Source of the DNA: Camelus dromedarius
Lineage: Eukaryota
Reading direction: 5' to 3'
Length of the DNA stretch: 64,000 nt
NCBI RefSeq assembly: GCF_036321535.1
Contig: NC_087447.1
Coordinates: forward strand, 40,488,001-40,552,000
Under the pieces are notes generated by a model, which was not told where the DNA came from, made no database searches, and saw only the letters and a program-made list of their open reading frames with translations. The position numbers and the translations under genes were made by a program. Of this stretch, positions 50,258 through 62,514 are shown in pieces (within the stretch, counting starts at the first letter, position 1; each line of letters starts with the position of its first letter).

Positions 50258-51062
50258 TTTTTAAAAATTGTGACAAAATGCACATAACATGAAATTTACC
50301 CCTTAACCATTTTAAGTCTACAGTTCAGGAGCATTAAGTACATGAACATTGCTATGCAGCCAAGCTCCAGAACTTTCTTCATCTTGCAAAACTGAAACTA
50401 TATCCATTAAACAACTGCTCTCCATTACCACCTCCCCCTGGCCCCTGGCAACCACCATGCGCTTCCTATTTCTATGAATTTGACTACTCTGGGTGCTGTG
50501 CCTGAGAGGAACCATACAGCATTCGTCTTTTTGTGACTGGTTGATTTCACTTAGCGTAATGTCCTTGAGGTTCATTCATATCGTACTGTGTACCAGAATT
50601 TCATTCCTTTTTAAGGGGAAACGATATTCCATTGTGTGTATACGCCACATTTGTGGGTCAGTTCATCTACATATAGACATTTTTGTTGTTTCCCCCTTTT
50701 GGCTATTCTGAATAATGCTGCTATGAATATGTATGTACAAATATCTCTTTGAGACTCTGCTTTCAGTTCTTTGGGGTACATATCCAGGAGTGGAATTGTT
50801 GGATCATACAGTAATCCTATTTTAAAGTTTTGAAGAACTGCCTTACTGTTTTCCATAGTGGCCGCACCATTTTACATTCCTACCAACAATGAACGAGGGT
50901 TCTAATTTCTCTACATCCTTGCCAACATTTGTTATTTTCTATTTTTTGTTTTGTTTTGTTTTTTGATAGAAATCATCCCAATGGACATGCGGTATGATCT
51001 CATTGTGATTTTGCATTATATTTCCCTAATGAATAGTGACTTGAGCACCTTATTAGGTGTCT
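50258..51062 (-). mobile_element. L1MB-type 3' end
   Basis: ORF2 peptide LLYDPTIPLLDMYPKELK..DICT.IFIAALF.IAK and typical L1MB 3'UTR; candidate TSD gccactgtggt / gccagtgtggt. Confidence 0.9.
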
Positions 51063-52334
51063 GCCAGTGTGGTTTTGATTTCACTTATTTGTTGCCACAA
51101 TCAGTAGCCACTGTGACTTAATCATTCAGAGCTTACTGGTTATAACCAAAATCAGTCCCACCACTCAGACTCATCTGCTGATCTTTCAGGTGGCCAGGGA
51201 CCTTCAGTGTCCCTCCTACCTGGCCTCAGGCAGGGGTATGTTTGCTTGCCCTTAATGTCACATGGGACCTCAGCTTGGTCCCTTCAGTATGTGCCTTTTG
51301 CCTTTTGGAGATGAATGCCATCTGGTGTGCCCAGGGGAGAGCAGGGAGAGCTTTCCTAGGATCCTAGTCTGCTTCAGACCCACATCCAGAAGGAATCTCA
51401 GCTCATCCTGAGGGACCTGGGAGCAAAATTGCCCTGTGGTGTGGATAACTGAGAAATGGGAGTCTCCTTGAACTACTTTGGGAGCAGCAGCTGTGGCTGA
51501 GGGAATCATTAGATTCTTTGTCGACCAGTTGGAGCCCTGTTACCCCAGGCTGAGCCCAGCTTGGAAAGACTCAGTGGTTTGAATTAGAATCCCAGGGGAC
51601 AGGAGTCTTGTCAACACTCTATCAGGTTTCATTACTGCACATGTCACTCGCTGAACTCCTTCTCTCCCAGTGTCTGGATCCTCCTCTGCTTCCAGGCAAG
51701 GCTGGGCACTGTCTAGAGGGATGAGCCATTTCTCTAGCCCAGTGGGCCCCAGGTGGCCCGTAGTGATGCTGCTGCTGCTTTTCCAGCTTTTCCAGAGCCC
51801 TGCTACTCACATTACCTCTTGTTTTTGGCTGCTGGCCCATTAATTAATTCATCAATTAATTAAACAATTTGTTGACTATCTATCCAGCACCAGATCCCAT
51901 GTATTTATAGAGTTTCTTTGATTACAAGTATCAAAATCCAAGTCGTTATTTAACATACAAAAAAGGGAGTTTGTCATAGAGATGGAGGGGTGTTTCCTAG
52001 AACCCAAGGCCAGGAATGCAGCCTGGCATCAGGAAGGGACTGTAAGTCAATAGGCAGTGTCTGAAAAACCATCATGAACCCACAGGTGTACCATCTAGTC
52101 CCTAGTCTCTGCTTGAATATCTGTTTCATTCTTATTTCTTGGAAGATTGGCTTTCTCTGCTTCTTGGTTCATGTGATAAGTGCAAGAGGCTGCTCACAGC
52201 TCCCAACTCATCTGTGCAAAAGACCAGCCCATGCTTTGGTAGAGCCCATCAGTCTTGGTTCCAACAGGAGGGAGAATCTGATTTGTTGAGTTTGAATTAG
52301 CCATCACCTCTTGTCTAATAAACTATGGCCAAGG

Positions 52335-52947
52335 TGATGGGCCAAGGAAAAATGGGGCATGAGCAGATGACCACGTCCGAGGTCTTGGTCAAGTCTCTGG
52401 TACATGCCCTGCCAAGTGAGGGTCTTTGGCTTCAAGTGGGGAAGAATTCAAGAGCGAGCCATAGTTGAGTAAAAATAGATTTATTCAGAGAGATGCGTAC
52501 TCCATAGGCAGAGTGTAGGCCATCTCAGAAGCCCAGAGAGGCCATGTGGCATGAAGGTGGGTGTTTGATTTAAAGTAAAAGTAGATACACACTCCACAGA
52601 CAGAGTACAGGTCATCTCAAAAGGCAAGAGAAAGGCCACAAGGTGCAGGGTTGTTAGTTGTTATGGGCTCGGTAACTTCAAATGGTAACAAGTGGGAGGA
52701 TTATTCCAACTACTTTGGGGAAGGGGCAGGGATTCCCAGGAATTGGGCCGTCACCCACTCTTTGACCTTTTATGGTCAGCCTTGGAACTGTCATGGCACC
52801 TGTGGGAGTGCCATTTACCATGCTAATGTATTACAAGTGTATAATGAAGCGCAAGGTCTACTGGGAGTTGAATCTTCCACCATCTTGGTGCTAATTGCTG
52901 TGTCAGTCTTTTAGTGGTTGTGCCCTGCCCCTTCCCCTCCTGTCTCA
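52335..52947 (-). mobile_element. ERV1-class solo LTR inserted into an old MLT1
   Basis: TG..CA ends with 4-bp TSD AAGG (52331-52334 / 52948-52951); AATAAA on the minus strand near 52480; internal ~55-bp direct repeat. Confidence 0.8.
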
Positions 52948-53138
52948 AAGGGACCAGGACTGTGAAGTACAAACCCTGGGAACAAGTCATTGTAAATGGT
53001 CACTGTGAATTGAAAGGTCTCCACTGTGTGCTGCCAGGTTAGGGGATTATAGAGGTGAGTACAGCACAGCCCCTGCCTTCAAGTAGCCTGCAGTTAAGGG
53101 GAGCCAGATAAGTGTACACTTGACGCAATGACATAAAG

Positions 53139-53359
53139 CAGTAGTTGTCAACTGGGGATGGTTGATTTTGTTCCTCTGAAGACATTTGGGAATATCTGGA
53201 GACATTTTTGGCTGTCACAACGCGGGCAGATGGGGCCACTATTGATATTAATGGGTTGAAGCGAGGGGTGCCACTAAATGTCCTATAATACACAAGACAG
53301 CAGCCACAATAAAGACTTACCTGGCCTCAGATGTCATTAGTGCAGAGACTGAGAAACTG
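53139..53359 (+). mobile_element. MER20 hAT-Charlie MITE
   Basis: cagtagttgtcaac..gacatttgg..tctggagacatttttgg.tgtcacaac..aaatgtcctataatacaca..tgagaaactg. Confidence 0.9.
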
Positions 53360-56300
53360 AAATAAAATAAGTGTGCAATATACAAAGTCAGTCTTAAATT
53401 TGTGGCTAGGGACTGATCACATTTCTCCAAAACCTCTTTACCAGTTCTTTCAGTGAGGATCCTTAAGAAAGAGGGACCGCATTACCCTGACTTCTCAGAG
53501 TTCCTTTGGTCCATATGCAGATTAGACACCTCTTCCCGTGCCCTCCCCCACCACACCCACCCAACCACATACACGAAGCCCCAGCCTCTTCCGACATGAA
53601 AAGTCATTGCTCCCATTGTCATCCCTGAGCTCAGGACCAGAGACTGGAGGAGAGCTGTGTGGGGGAATGCAGCAGTTCTCAGCCCTGCCTGTATGCTAGA
53701 ATCCCACAGGAAACTGTGGGCATGCTCAGCACTCACCTGGGTCCAGGCCCTAGTCCCATAACTTTTGGGCTAATTGCTAGTGATTTTTCTTTGGCCATGG
53801 AAGAAGCCTAGGGTATCTACTCAGGAGAGTTGGGTTAGGCTATCCATAGTGTTCTTCACTTTGGAAAGACCCCTATCCTCACCAAGCCTTCATTTTCTGA
53901 TCTGGAAAGTGGGAAAACACCTCCTAAGATTGTTAAATGGCTCAAAAGAGGCAGTGAATGTGAAAGCAGTCTGCAAATTGAGAGCTCCAGGTGGGTATTA
54001 CCACTAATAGTAGAGCTGGCTCTTGACAACACACTTTCAAGGTTTTCATTAAGTGCGAGAGATGATAGCCTGAAAACTGGGTGACTCAACCGAAGGATGA
54101 CGCGCTGCTAACTCTGAGCACATTTAAGAAGCAGGAGAGCACCCACGTCCCGGGATCTTAATGAGGTAGGGACTCTGCCGTCACTGAGCTAACCCCCTTT
54201 AAATGCAAAGTACTTATTTCCGGAAAAACTGGCGAGGCCATTCGGGAAAGGAATCTCTTAAATAGCATGTGAATGAGTGCAGCAGCTGGAAATGAAGGAA
54301 ATATCCTTGGAAATGAAGGAGATCCTTGGGTTCTATTTTTGAAGCACACGGGGCCACGACTGCATTTCCTTGGCAAATGGTGCTGCTCGAAGGCCAGGAC
54401 CCACATGCGCAGGGTGCAGGCTCGTGCTGCCCCTTGGGAAGTGTCTGTCAGAAGCCTCCGTTTTATTCCACAGATGCGTTTTCGGAAGTAAAAGAGGATT
54501 TCACACCAAATGAAAACAAAGTATATTTCTGACAGACAGGTAAATGCCCCTTTGCAAAGGCAGTCATAACATGTTTGTCAGGGAGGCGAGGAATCGCAAA
54601 CTTATTTTTGATACAGATTCAATTGCTCCTCTAATCCCAAATAACCACTCCATAACTGTATGAAAGAGAGCAGCCTAAGGATAATTGCCAAAATGGGGAA
54701 GAGGCAAACCCACAGTTTCCTATCTTGAAAGGATTTAGTCTGCCTTTCAGAAGTGATGCAGGTGAGAACTGCTCACAGCTAGCATCGCACGCCCTTGGCT
54801 TCTCCCTCCTGCAGGGAAGCATGCCTGGAAACCAGCCGTCTATCACATGCCCAGGAGAATGGAAAGTACTCTTCTGTAATCACCACTATTCTCCCCGAAG
54901 CACACAGATTGAAACATCAAAAATTCATAGAATAATATATGACAAAGATGGAAAAGATGCACTGGGGTCATGCATCCTGTCTCCAGTGGTCCAGACAGCA
55001 GAAATAATGATTATCCTTGGCCCAGACAGCACCTCGCAGTACAGAGTGCTTGCACATCCGTTTTTAGGTGGAGGATGTTTGTTTTTCCACAGCTCATCTC
55101 TGACCAGTGTTCTGGCTGTACTTGCTCAAATATTTCCCTTTTCCTCTTCTCCAGGTGTTTCTTCTAGGGTGTTTGAGACTCATGGCTGAGTTGAACCAGT
55201 CCAGGTGATTACTAGAACCATGTGAGGCTTAGTTCATGGGCAGGGTAATGGGTAAAGGCCAAGAGATTCTGGCAGCTGTACCAGATTTCTGGACAAGGCT
55301 CAGAGACTGCAATTACTTCAAGTCTGCTTTGACCACCACTATATATTCCTAAAGTCTAAGGTATGCCAGGCCCTGTGCTTGGCTGGTCCTGAGGTTTCAG
55401 AGATGAATGAGATAGAGAAGTGACAAAAAGACATAGTACCCCCCTTGGAGGAGTTCACAGTCCAGTGAGGCTTGTAAACAGGGAGTTTAAAAATAATTGG
55501 AAGTAGAGTGACAGAAAGATGTGTAATGTATCATGGAGCCCAGGGAAGGGACATCTGACCTAGCTTGGGAGTGATCATTAGACCCAAGTTAGGAAAAGTG
55601 GACAAGGAATTAAGAACCAATTTGGGGAGAGAAGGAAAAAAAAAAGAAGAATCTCAACCACTTATAGGAGGCTGGCTTGGAAAGGGAAGGGGATCCTATT
55701 TTATCCCTTTACGTGTTGGACCTTGTGAATGTGGATGTGGCAATGCTTCCATCTTTTATTATGTTGATGGAGGACTGATAAATACCTTAATAGCAGAAAT
55801 GCTTGGTTCTAATAATTGAAACCCTCAAAATATCAGGGTGAATCTGTAGAAGATTTGACTGACTGCCAGGAGAGGACTTGTAACAGGTGAGAGTGGTGGG
55901 ACAGCAATATGTGTACTTGTGATCACATGACCAAAGCATCCCTAAGACATGAGAATGTGGCAAAACTCAAAAAACCATGAGCGCTGGTTCATATTCCATT
56001 TGGAGGATGAAAGTGGATGCTTTCCAGACTCCTCCAGATTGTTAGGCAGTGCTTTATGAACATGGCTGCATTAGAAAGGAGAAAGTGTGGTCTCAGCACA
56101 GTTGAGACATGAGCATGTTGAAAATAGCAGGCTATGGCCACAGTGGTATCTCTCTGGCCTGCCATTGCATGGGCACAATGAACTCCAGTCTCAATTTGCC
56201 TCCCCTTGAATCCCACACCCTTGCCATAGTGTGGAGCTTTCTATTTTATCTTCTCTTGCTTTTGACATCTCTGTGGCTTGGGGTTTCTATCAACAGCTTT

Positions 56301-57624
56301 ATTCTACTTTGGTCTCCACCGTGTGATACTCCTTCTGAGCTCCTGTTTTACACTTGATACTTCAGGTGACTTGTCAGTTCACCTGGATCACACCTGTCTG
56401 TGAGTTGGCACTTATTGGTCCGATATACAAATGAACAAATGGGGTAGTGATTGGTTTCTGCTGGTGTGTTGCTGTTGCTGTCTCAGTTCCCTTATTTGGT
56501 CTATTGCCCTTCCCATCATTGAAACTAGCACCTTGGCTATCAAGGAAGGGAGGTCATTGCAGAAATGGGAAGAAAACAAAAACAAAATGAATTGTCTTGA
56601 CATAAGAAATTGCTTTGGAAGAACACTTGGCTAGCCAATTCCCTTTTCTCCCTATTTCTACTATTAGAGGGAAAGAAAAATCTCTGTACTTAGAGAAAAG
56701 AGTTGGGAATGAAGGAAAAGACTGTATGCAGGTGATGGTCATTGAGAAAGGGGTCCCCAGTATCAACTGCAAACTGTAAAGAGACTGTAACCTCTAGAAA
56801 ACATGGGGCATCTGAGAGTCAAAGGAATCCTAGGAGATGTCAGCTTTTTAGTAAGTCCCCTGCTGCTGTGGTGTGGAAACAGGAAAATAAAATACGGCTA
56901 TCAGGGCAGAGAGGACAATCCTACTGATCTGCTGCCCTGAGAAGGATGAACACTTGAATTTTCATATATTCCTGAGACAGAGGTGGGAGTAACTAAGAAC
57001 ACGTCAGAGATCAAGAAGATCTGGAAGGTACATTTAGTCAGGACCAGAAAAAGCACTTTTCAAACACCTGTTCACTCACTTTCACTCGGCAAAGCGAGTC
57101 ACACGGTAGAACCCAGGTTGGAGGTAGGCACAGGAATTGCTTGCTTTTTTTTGTGAGAGAGGTTGAAACATCATAATGAAAGGGAACAGATCCAGGGAGG
57201 ATGAAGAATTGGAGCTATTAATACAATCTACCACAGCAGGTAAGTGAGAAGAGGGTCAGGACTGAGCACTGGCTGAGCCCTTTTAAAGTGACTGCTACAT
57301 CAAACTTATGTTGGATCGCTTCAAAGCCAGGCTTAGAGCTCAGCATGGGGCAGAAATGTTTCAGGAAAAAGATGCAGTAGAATGTAAAGGTGACAATGGA
57401 TGTGTACATGGTCAACCATCTTGAGTTGGGATAACTGCTGGCAAGTTGCCCCCAGTTTAAAAAGTTTAAGTGGTTGTTTAAAGTTGCTTAAAAAGTGGAT
57501 TCATGTAGATAATTTAAAAGGTACTAACTATAATTAAGTTTCCCAAATCCATTTCTCTTGTATGGTGGAAAAATGGTCAACCAATCTATTGAAAACCCCA
57601 TTAACTATTTTGGGATACTTAAAG

Positions 57625-57684
57625 ATATATATATATATATACATATATATGTATATGTATATGTATATGTGTACATATATATAT
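57625..57684. repeat. (TA)n/(TATATG)n microsatellite
   Basis: Directly visible. Confidence 0.9.
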
Positions 57685-58142
57685 GACATTGATATTAATA
57701 TGTTATTTTGTCTATTAAATTTCTTGCTGGGAAATATCCTCTTTGGATCAATTCATTAAGTAGAATTAACGTAAGGGTCAGCATAAATTAGGAGCCTGGA
57801 ATTTCACAATGGCCTTCTTCTGTCAAGCCCCATTTCTTTCTTTCTGGCTTCTCTGGCTCCTTCTGTGGGCTTAGGCCCGCTCCATTTATTAGCGAGTCCT
57901 GAGAACAGAAATGACATTTGTGTTGTATCAGCCCCACTCTAGTAACCTGTTGTTGAAGAGCTGCTGTTCCAAGGTCACTGGGTGCTGGAGAGCATCTACA
58001 CCATAGCATTTTCTAACCCTCTTAACACTCGTCTGGTGGGAGCCTTTCATTTTGAGACCTATTCACTATTTGGGCAGTAGGGTGTCAAACAGCAAGGAAA
58101 AAATATAGCAGTTGTATTTTCAAGACTTTTAATTTTTTAACA

Positions 58143-58322
58143 GTTTACTTACTAGGTTACTGGTTTATTATAAAAAAGGTATGATAAAGGATACAGATGA
58201 ACATCCAGATGGAGGAGATGTAGAGGGCAAGGTATGGGGAAAGGGTGTGGAGCTATCATGATGCTCTTTCCAAGTATGCCGTTCTCCTCAAATCTCCAGT
58301 GTTCACCAACCTGGAAGCTCTC
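58143..58322. mobile_element. MER21-like LTR fragment
   Basis: ggtttattataaa..aaaggatacagatgaaca.ccagatggag.agatg.agagggcaaggtatgggg..gtgttcaccaacctggaagctctc. Confidence 0.75.
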
Positions 58323-58581
58323 AAGATTTATTTTTAAGCTGCCCCACTTCATATCTACATCTCCTCTATCTTGCCTGTTTGTTGTCCAGTCTCTTACATG
58401 ACTACAATGTCCTTTCCTTCCACCCCGTTTCTTCCAGCATTTGCCTAAGCATGTCTACTCCTGGCTCTCGACTGGTCTCCCACAGACCGATTCCAGCATG
58501 GCTTGGATGGACTTGGTATATTTATCTTTTTTCCAGGATCCTCACTCATGAAATACTCCATGAGCTGCCCCATATTGATGA

Positions 58582-58616
58582 GTGTGTGTGTGTGTGTGTC
58601 TGTGTGTGTGTGCGTG
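58582..58616. repeat. Interrupted (GT)n microsatellite
   Basis: Directly visible. Confidence 0.95.
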
Positions 58617-60889
58617 CTCCTCTGACTCCAGCCGTGCAAAGACTATGGTCAGAAGACACTTAGGCTCTCAACTCAGTCTGGGGCTCTGATATGAGCACCA
58701 GCCCAGTCAGTTAAGTTCATGAGAGCATGTTTGTTTCTTGTCAGTTACTTTCCCCGGGAGTTGAATAGACCTGTTCCTTGGGTCCTCTCATGACTGGCTG
58801 GGGTCCTGCTGTGAAAGACCTAATTGGTCACAACTTGCTGCTGCTGCTACCTGAGCATTAAGTGTTACCTGCCATCAGAACTACCTCCCATCAATTTTCT
58901 CTGTTCCCTGAATAGAGTCTCTTTGAGTTCTGTGCTTTGGATAATCCAGATATTGCAACTAGACCAACCATTATAGCTGGATCACTTCCCCGGTGTCTAA
59001 CCAAACACTTCATCTCCTTCTACTTTGCTTGTGTTGCCAGTGTTCCTCACTCCACCTCTGCTGGAGAGATGAACTGGTAGACAGACGGTCAGGTTGAGAC
59101 CATAAAGGAGAATTGTCCTTTTCCAGATTCATACTCATAATTATATCAATAATACCAGTGCAAAGCTTACACAGATGCTTCAGGAGAAGAATCAGAGCTG
59201 CAGGTGGAGAGGAAATCTGAAAACAAAGATTGTAAAATATTTTCTTAAAAACCCAATCTACAGAGATGATCACTCTGTAACATTTACTGAAATGTCAGTG
59301 TTCTCTAAAGCTCTCAAATACCCATCCTGGTGATTAAGAAATCAATAATTAACATGCAAGTCTGAAAGCTCTAGGCAAATTGAATATTAATTACTGACTT
59401 CATAAGTGGAGGCTGCTCAGCAGTATGAAAATAGTTCAGGATAATTAGGATTTAACAACCTTCAGACATAAAGAAAATAAATACAGGGTTCTTGATGAAT
59501 GGCTTTATTTTTATTTCATTATTGTATTACAAACATTCTTGGTTTTTCAAAGACCAAGGAGAGACAGAGAAAGAGTGGTTCTGAATATTTAGTATATATC
59601 ATAGTGAGAATTCCCTTCCCCCTCCTCCACTGAAATCCTTTGAGAATTGCCAAATAGAAATTAAGTTCTATAATCTAAGACTGCAAGGTGACCTCTGTCA
59701 GTTGGGAACCAAGAAGTACTGCACAGTAAGACTAAAAAATGATTGGAATAAATGGTTAAAACATTCATGGTTTCAGATGATCCCATTGCTCAATAATGTC
59801 TATCCTGATGCTCACCTGGGCACCACTTCCTTCATCTTTAAATGCTTTTCAGCTTCTGATCTCATATTTCAGCCCCTATAATTCAGGGATCTTCTGGCTT
59901 CACCTCTTCTTGATCTGGTATCTTGGCTTTCTTTCCTGGCTTCACTGCTTTTGGTTCCTAGCACTCATTTCCCGTAAGTTCCTCATTTCCAAGCATCTGG
60001 TTCCCTGTATGGTTGGTATTTCTGGTTATCCTCCCTGGGGCAATCTATATTGAAACATTCTTGACCCTTTTGTGTTTGTATATGCTAATTATCACCATTT
60101 CAAATTTAACTTTTAAATAACATTTTTGTTGAAAGTAACATTGATAAAGAAAAGTACATAAATTTTAAGTGAGTTTGGTGGATTTTCACAAAGGGAACAC
60201 ACCCATGTAACCACTAGCCTGGTCAAGATAGAGAATATTAGCAACACTCATGAAGGCACCCAATGACTTTAACATCATTGATGAAATTGCTAAATCATGG
60301 GTTATAAATGCAGTTAACTTTTGTAGACACTGCCAAACAGTTTTCTATAGTGGTTGAACAAATTTATACTTCCTGCAGTAGGATCTGAAAGGTCTAGTTG
60401 CTCCATTTCCTTGACAACATTTGATATAGCTTATCTTTTAAATTTTAGCCATTCTGTTGGGTGGACATTAGTATTTAATTGTTACTTTAATTGGCATTTC
60501 TTTGAAGAACATCTTTTTTATATGTTTATTGGTGATTTGGAAATTCTTTTTTTTATTTGACTCTTTTTTTTCTCAGTTTTTAAGATACTCTCTATATATT
60601 ATTGATACCATTCTTTGTAGGTTATATATACATATTACAAATATATTTTGCTAGTTTGAGGCTTGTTTTCCTACTCTTAAATCTTCCAGTCTATGTCTTG
60701 TCTTTTCATAAGTAGATTTTCTGAATTTTAATGTGGTTAAACTATCAATCACTTTCTTTGTGATTAGTAAGTTTTATGCCCTGTTTAAGAAATACTTCAT
60801 AACCTCAAGGTCATGGAGATGTTTGTTTATGTTCTCTTCTGGAAGATTTCCTGCTTTGCCCTTTATATTTAGATATATACAATGCATTC

Positions 60890-61231
60890 ACACTTACCAT
60901 ATGGAATCTAAAAAAAAAAAAGACAAAATGAACTTATTTACAAAACAGAAATAGACCAGCGGCGGAAGAGGGTGGGAAGGGATAAACTAGGAGTTCGAGG
61001 TTTGCAGATACTAACTAATATACATAAAATAGATAAACAACAAGTTTATACTGTATAGCACAGGGAACTACATTCAATATCTTGTAGTAACTTGTGATGA
61101 AAAAGAATATGAAAACGAATATATGTGTGTTCCTATATGACTGAAGTATTGTGCTGTACATCAGAAATTGACACAACACTGTAAACTGACTATACTTCAA
61201 TAAAAATATATTAAAAAATAAAATTAAAAAA
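60890..61231 (+). mobile_element. Young L1 3'UTR insertion
   Basis: Same 3'UTR as 1190-1534; AATAAA at 61199; TSD tagatatatacaatgcattc / tagatatacagtgcattc. Confidence 0.9.
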
Positions 61232-61317
61232 TAGATATACAGTGCATTCGTAATTGCTTTTTGGTATTGTGTGTGGTATGGTAAGGTACTGTGTGGTGTC
61301 AACTTAAGTTTATATGC

Positions 61318-61326
<9 letters not shown>

Positions 61327-61374
<48 letters not shown>
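61327..61374. repeat. (TA)24 microsatellite
   Basis: Perfect dinucleotide run preceded by a (TG)n stretch. Confidence 0.97.
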
Positions 61375-61376
<2 letters not shown>

Positions 61377-61482
61377 GTCTGATGGCTTTTTAAAAAATTT
61401 TTACCTTCATTTATTCTTCATCTATGTTCTTCTTTATGCAGATTTTACTTTCTGACCTATATCCTTTTTCTAATCTCTAAAG

Positions 61483-61623
61483 GTTTTTTTTTTGTTTATA
61501 TGTTTTGGACGCGGAGGAGGTAATTAGGTTTATTTATTTATTTTAATGGTGGTACTGGGGATTGAATCCAGGACCTTAATGCATGCTAAGCATGTGCTCT
61601 ACCTCTGAGCTATACTGTCCCCC
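61483..61623 (-). mobile_element. tRNA-derived SINE (camelid type)
   Basis: gtaattagg(ttta)n..gtactggggattgaatccagg..gctctacctctgagctatac. Confidence 0.85.
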
Positions 61624-62514
61624 TTGTGATGGTTTTTGATGTGTTAACCTAGCTAACCTGAAATATAATTTCCCAGAATTCCCCTTCTGATGTTTCCAAT
61701 TAGGGTGGGCTACTAAGGACATTGTCTCATGAGTATTGGAGCATAGGTGGGAAGCAATGGCCATTTTGCAGTATTCTTCCATTTACATTCTCTCTGTTAT
61801 TCAATCAAGTGTAAAACTAATAAATATTTAGGAAGACATAGGTCCTGGAGATTTTCTCCTAAGTTTTATTCTAAAAGTTCTATCGTTTTACATTTTACTT
61901 TTAAATTTGTGATCCATTTTGCATTATTTTCTATATAAGGTGTGAGGTTTATGTGAAGTTTTTTTTTTTTGGCCAATACATATCCAGTGGCTCCACCATG
62001 GTTTATTGAAAAGAGAAATCTTCCACTGAGTTGCTTTTTACCTTTATTGAAAATCAATTGGGTATATTTCTGTGGGTTTATATCTGGGTTCTTTATTCTG
62101 TTCCATTGATCTATGTGTCTTCTCCTCTATCAATGCTGCATAGTCTTGATTACTGTCAGTACCTAGTAAGTATTAAAATTGGGTAGAGTGATTCCTTCTC
62201 TTTTATTCATCTTTTTCAAAATCTGTTCAGCCATTTTAGTTCCTTATAACTATGCCCTTCCATATACATTTTAGAATGAGCTTGTCTATGTTCTCAAAAG
62301 CCCTGCTGAGATTTTGATTAACAACTACATTAAACCTATATACATTGTTTTGTGGAGAATTGACATCTATTGTTGAGTTTTAAAATCCATGAGCACAATA
62401 TCTCTCTCCATTTATTTAGATCTCATTTTCAGAGTTTTATGATTTTCAGCATAGTTCCTATATGTTTCATACCTATGTATTTTATTTTATTTTTTCTTTT
62501 TTTCTCTCATGCAA

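Larger units (their letters stand above)
60115..62500 (-). mobile_element. Old L1M (3' end and ORF2 fragments), interrupted by several younger inserts
   Basis: tgccaaacagtttt..agtggttgaac.aattt; ctgggttctttattctgttccattgatctat; minus-strand peptide IFNKG.K..LTPY..N.KWITNLKVK..TIELLE. Confidence 0.8.
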
